From Botryllus schlosseri (Eukaryota), in assembly GCA_051294905.1 (NCBI GenBank), contig CM119378.1, forward strand, positions 5,952,001 to 6,016,000: a stretch of 64,000 bases of DNA, written 5' to 3'. Under the pieces are notes generated by a model. That model worked only from the letters and a program-made list of their open reading frames with translations, was not told the origin of the DNA and made no database searches. The position numbers were made by a program, and so were the translations under genes. Below are positions 59,900 to 64,000 of this stretch, piece by piece. How positions within the stretch are numbered: position 1 is the first letter of the stretch; every line of letters begins with the position of its first letter.

Positions 59900-62800
59900 C
59901 TATTTTGACCCCCTCCGCTGCGTTATCGAATATAGGCTCTGCTCGTATCCGTTAGCTATACCTGCAAACCGCGTATAACTCCGACGTATCATTTCCTCAA
60001 CGGAATGGCGCGAAGTCCAAGAAATTGTTTATAATTCTAACACAAGTATGTGATATCATTTGACTTGCCTGTTACCAACGAGGCCGCGTTTCCGACGAAG
60101 AGGCAAACTAAGCCTCCGATTGCACTGTACCAGAATGGCGATACCGAATATATTGTTTTCGTGATCCACGAGCTGAAAATGTCAATCATATTACGCCAAT
60201 GTGTACCGATCGAGTGGAGCAATATTGGTTATGTATCGGATTACATGACAAGTAGAGACTTCGACAAAAGTCGAATGACAGGAATTACGAGAAAACCTCC
60301 CGGCGTAACTTGTACGCTTTTTCAAACATATCTGTGATGCACCGGCAGTGCGCTCTTAGCGAAAAGAGGGTGTATTCGGATGCAATTGATGGTACGTGAA
60401 AACGGAACCTAACCCACAAATATATGTCGGGTGTAAATCGTACGTGCCAACATGCATCCCTTCCTTAGTTCCTACATGCAAGCATCATTGGGATTACAAT
60501 GTTGTGTTTGATGAATACCGTGGTGTAAGTCTGCGGTAGGTTCTGATTTTTCGTGTACCACAGGTGCATACTCACACCCTCATATCACGGTTGGTATTGG
60601 TCATCCTGGAGCTTTGCAAGAAACCGTTTCATGGCATGCGTCTGTATGTAGCAGCGGTTTTAATCCGGGAGCTGTCTTAGGCGATGCGGATATCGTTAAG
60701 ATTGGCTATGTCTACCCTATACAAATACAAAAACGCTATTCATACATTGCTTCGGAAACCTGCAAGAGAAACAGGTGCCTTTGAACCACTACTAAATTTT
60801 AGTATGTCAAATTCATGCTTATCAAAAACATAACCCAGGTCACTTCTTTTCGGGACATACTACCCAAATTACGACTCTTATCTGTGCCCTGCCAAGAACC
60901 TTCCGACTTGGGATTAGGGCTGGCCACAATGATTCGAGTACTCGAATCTGAATCGACTGTTAATTTTAATGATTCGCGTCGACTAGTAAAAGGCGATTTT
61001 TTTCGAGTACTGAAATTATACGCTCCTCGCCACTGAAAGTTAATATATCAACGAGAATTAGAGTTTCGATATTAATTTTCACTGTGGAAGCCTTGAAACG
61101 TTAATTGGCCGTATTGTAGCATACGAAACATATAGTATAAAGATACGAACGTTACTGGAAATAGCACATTTCCGAAGTCATGATCATCCCACAAAATTGT
61201 CATCAAGTACAATGAAATCAGTATGGTCGAAAAAATACCAAACTATATTTAATGTGATGGATAATAGGCATTATATTCTTTGTGGTCGCATAAAAGGTAC
61301 ATATTTGAACTTTAACATATTAAATTATCTCATGGCGTCATCATGAATGATACTCAAATTACTCGACTCGACTCGAAGCATATTACGTGATTCAGAATCG
61401 AATCACTCAGGTACTCGATTTTGCCCAGCCCTGCTTGGGATTAATGCTCCAATTGCTCCACACTCCTACACGGTTTTCGAATGCGCAGTTAGAACCGTGC
61501 CGTGATGGTGGACATAGCATTATGACTATGTTTTGAGAAAGATATTAAACAACGAATCAGGCATACGTCGAATGCACGTTCCAAAGGCAAACTTAGGACC
61601 AGGGAAACTGGTTGAGAACATATACACAACCCAGTACTAACGGAAGAAGCGATTGCTATATTGCTGCCTTTCGCGACTACTTATCTATGAGAATCATGAT
61701 TCTTCTGTCTCCGGTACACAAAAAACAATGGCTATTTACACATTAGAATAACATATTTTCCTCTTTCTAGCTAGATTATAGACCTGATTAGTGATTTGAA
61801 GAGGATCCGAACGAGAAACAATGTTGTAACGTGACTAGGGATGGCGTGAACCTCTGAAAGGTTCACGTTTGTGTGGACAAGAACCTTTTAAAAAGGTTCT
61901 GTGTGAACGCGAACGTGAACCTATGACGTCACGTGACGTCATGTTGCCAATTCCAACCAATCAAATCAAGATTGGTCCTATACGCGTGCTCGATCTTTTA
62001 CATTACACGACGATGTCTTCTTTTTATCAATTTCATTGATTGGTTAAACAAGCATCATTCACTGACTGACTACATGTGGCGTATTTCGCCCTTTATGTTG
62101 TGTGATTGCGCGTCAAGCTCACAGCAGAGAATCGCTAAATATTCACAAACGGAAAGCTGGATATTTCGAGCAAACTTTTGTAAGAAAGCAAGTAAATTGT
62201 TTTAGATTGGCAAGGTGCATACTGCATTCTCGTTTAGTGTTGATTTTGTATGGTGCCATCGCCATTCATAGAGTGGCCGGAAGTTGAAATGCAAACAATT
62301 TCAAGCAAAAATGTTATAATGACGTGAAAATTTGTAATATGTGAAAAAGGTTCACAGTGCAGAACCTACCAAAGTTCGCTTGTTAATGCGAACCTCTAAA
62401 TTTCCGAGGTTCACACACAGAACGCGAACATAAACCTCACGTTCACACCATTCCTAATCGTGACCTTACCTCTCTGTTATATTGGTGCTGTTAAAATCCG
62501 TATCATTCTTCACCTTTGACATGTTGTTTGTTAAGTTGCCATCTCTACACGAATCAACTGAAAGCGTAAGTTTTCCTTTCATTGGCTCTGGCGAATATAG
62601 ATTCGGAGACATCATCGCTGATAATCCAATCCAACCAACAGCAATCCATCCAGTCACAAAACCGAAGACGGCGCCCTGTTGAACTATAGCAATCAGAATC
62701 TGTCTCTCTATTTAGAATGGATAATAAACACCACTTTATAGGACCGATCACATACCTTCGAGTTGACCCAAGGCATGAAAATGCCCATTGTGAATACACC

Positions 62801-63566
62801 GATCATTGGACCGGCAATCCAACCAGAGAAGGAAACGAAGATCGTGACTAAGCTCGACGAGGAGAACGACATCACATATGCCAACGCCATTATCAGGACA
62901 CCAAGCAGAATTGCTGCAGTCGATGAAAGATCTTTTCACTTTCATTTCACGATGAACATAGCCTATTACTTACAGATGGAAGTTGCCAGGACGTACTCCG
63001 TCTTTTTCTCAAAACCGACCGAACATGGCTTGATGAAGTCGTGAAGAATGAGTGCCGACATTGCATTTATTCCCGATGATACGGAACTGTGCGAATCAAT
63101 GCAATGCATACGGACCTATGATTGTACTGTCGGGTATTCACTTTACCTTAAGGTCCCGCAATACGCTGCGGCTACGAACAGGCCGGCCATTCCCGGGATA
63201 TCCTGGAATAATGCCACCACCATTGTCGGCATTAGTTGATCAACTTTATCCAGGTCTCCTGACATGTACGGATCGCACTTTTCGAAAAATGCATACATAG
63301 CCAGGCCATTTCCAACACAGATCATCGTGAAAAATATCCCTGGTATTAATGTTAGCAGCAGTGCTCTGCATTATGAACATCATGTCTACATTTCTGATAT
63401 ATATAGCAATTAAGAGAATACTTACATTCTTGCCGACCTCGTATTTCGGCATGACAGGTACCGTTGTGTGTAGACTTGATCGCAACCAGTTTGATAACAG
63501 GAGTTTAACCCAATTCCAATAACTAGAGACCAAAACGTACTTCTTGTACGAGGGTCGAGATCAAAT
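59900..63566 (-). CDS. SLC5A8: Sodium:solute symporter of the SLC5A5/6/8/12 clade (SMCT/SMVT/NIS-like), 3' half; 5' exons beyond window end
   Basis: Exons 63426-63566, 63147-63365, 62974-63086, 62756-62913, 62470-62675, 60069-60172 (GC donor), 59900-59961. Motifs: [118 protein letters not shown]. Orthology within the clade is not resolved and the last exon is less certain. Confidence 0.9.
60915..61433. mobile_element. hAT (Ac-type) MITE, GAGTACTCGA-rich
   Basis: TIR TAGGGCTGG / CCAGCCCTG; perfect TSD CTTGGGAT (60907-60914; 61434-61441). Confidence 0.92.
61836..62456. mobile_element. hAT (Ac-type) MITE, GTGAACC/GGTTCAC-rich
   Basis: TIR TAGGGATGGCGTGAAC / GTTCACACCATTCCTA; TSD AACGTGAC / ATCGTGAC (7/8). 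Confidence 0.88.
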
Positions 63567-64000
63567 CTAAATGACATTTACTATTAATATTTTCCCATAC
63601 GTTGTGCTTATCATCAGGACTGCTAGTGATCTGTTCAATATAAGGCACAGTCATTATCTATCTCTAATTCTATTGTGCTTAATATAGACCAGCAGTGCTT
63701 TTCAACCCGTGGGATGGTGTGCGAATGAAAAAAACTATAGCAGCGAGGATGTCAAACGCGCGGATGACCTATTGCGGAGAGCTTAGGATCAATAAGTTGT
63801 TCCGAACTGGTCTGAAATATTTAGCATTAATCAAGTCCTTGATAAACCGGTAGCCTACATGTTGAACATTTGAATAAATAAGTGTTAACTCACATCATAT
63901 TTTTGTGTAATAATTATTGATTGGTTTGTGAGTATGAAAATTTTTCAAAAATGAAAGTACGGATGGAAAAGCACTGATATAGACTATAGACACTCGGTAT

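Overview
Eukaryotic (metazoan) genomic DNA, not prokaryotic. The short-intron class of about 54-75 bp, moderate AT-richness and gene content suggest an invertebrate deuterostome such as an ascidian, but this is inference only. I reconstructed six spliced genes by hand, all on the minus strand. (1,2) Two tandem, highly diverged paralogues of an unusual receptor-like protein: signal peptide - degenerate vWA - CUB - MIDAS-intact vWA - Thr-rich stalk - TM - cytoplasmic tail. The upstream copy is complete (9868-18714, 15 exons, about 851 aa); the downstream copy runs off the window start. (3) FAM167A-like (20897-25019). (4) A partial sushi/CCP + furin site + mucin-like gene (about 39350-40922, 5' end unresolved). 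(5) An OATP4-type SLCO transporter (47711 to >=56350). (6) The 3' half of an SLC5A8/12/6/5-clade sodium:solute symporter (59900 to >63566). Long introns and intergenic DNA are packed with non-autonomous elements: many hAT MITEs with recognisable TIRs and 8-bp TSDs (some nested), TA-flanked foldback and pogo-like elements, two tRNA-derived SINE families and a ~36-bp satellite. No rRNA, genuine tRNA or CRISPR array is supported. Exon boundaries come from manual translation, splice consensus and phase consistency, and need RNA-seq confirmation.
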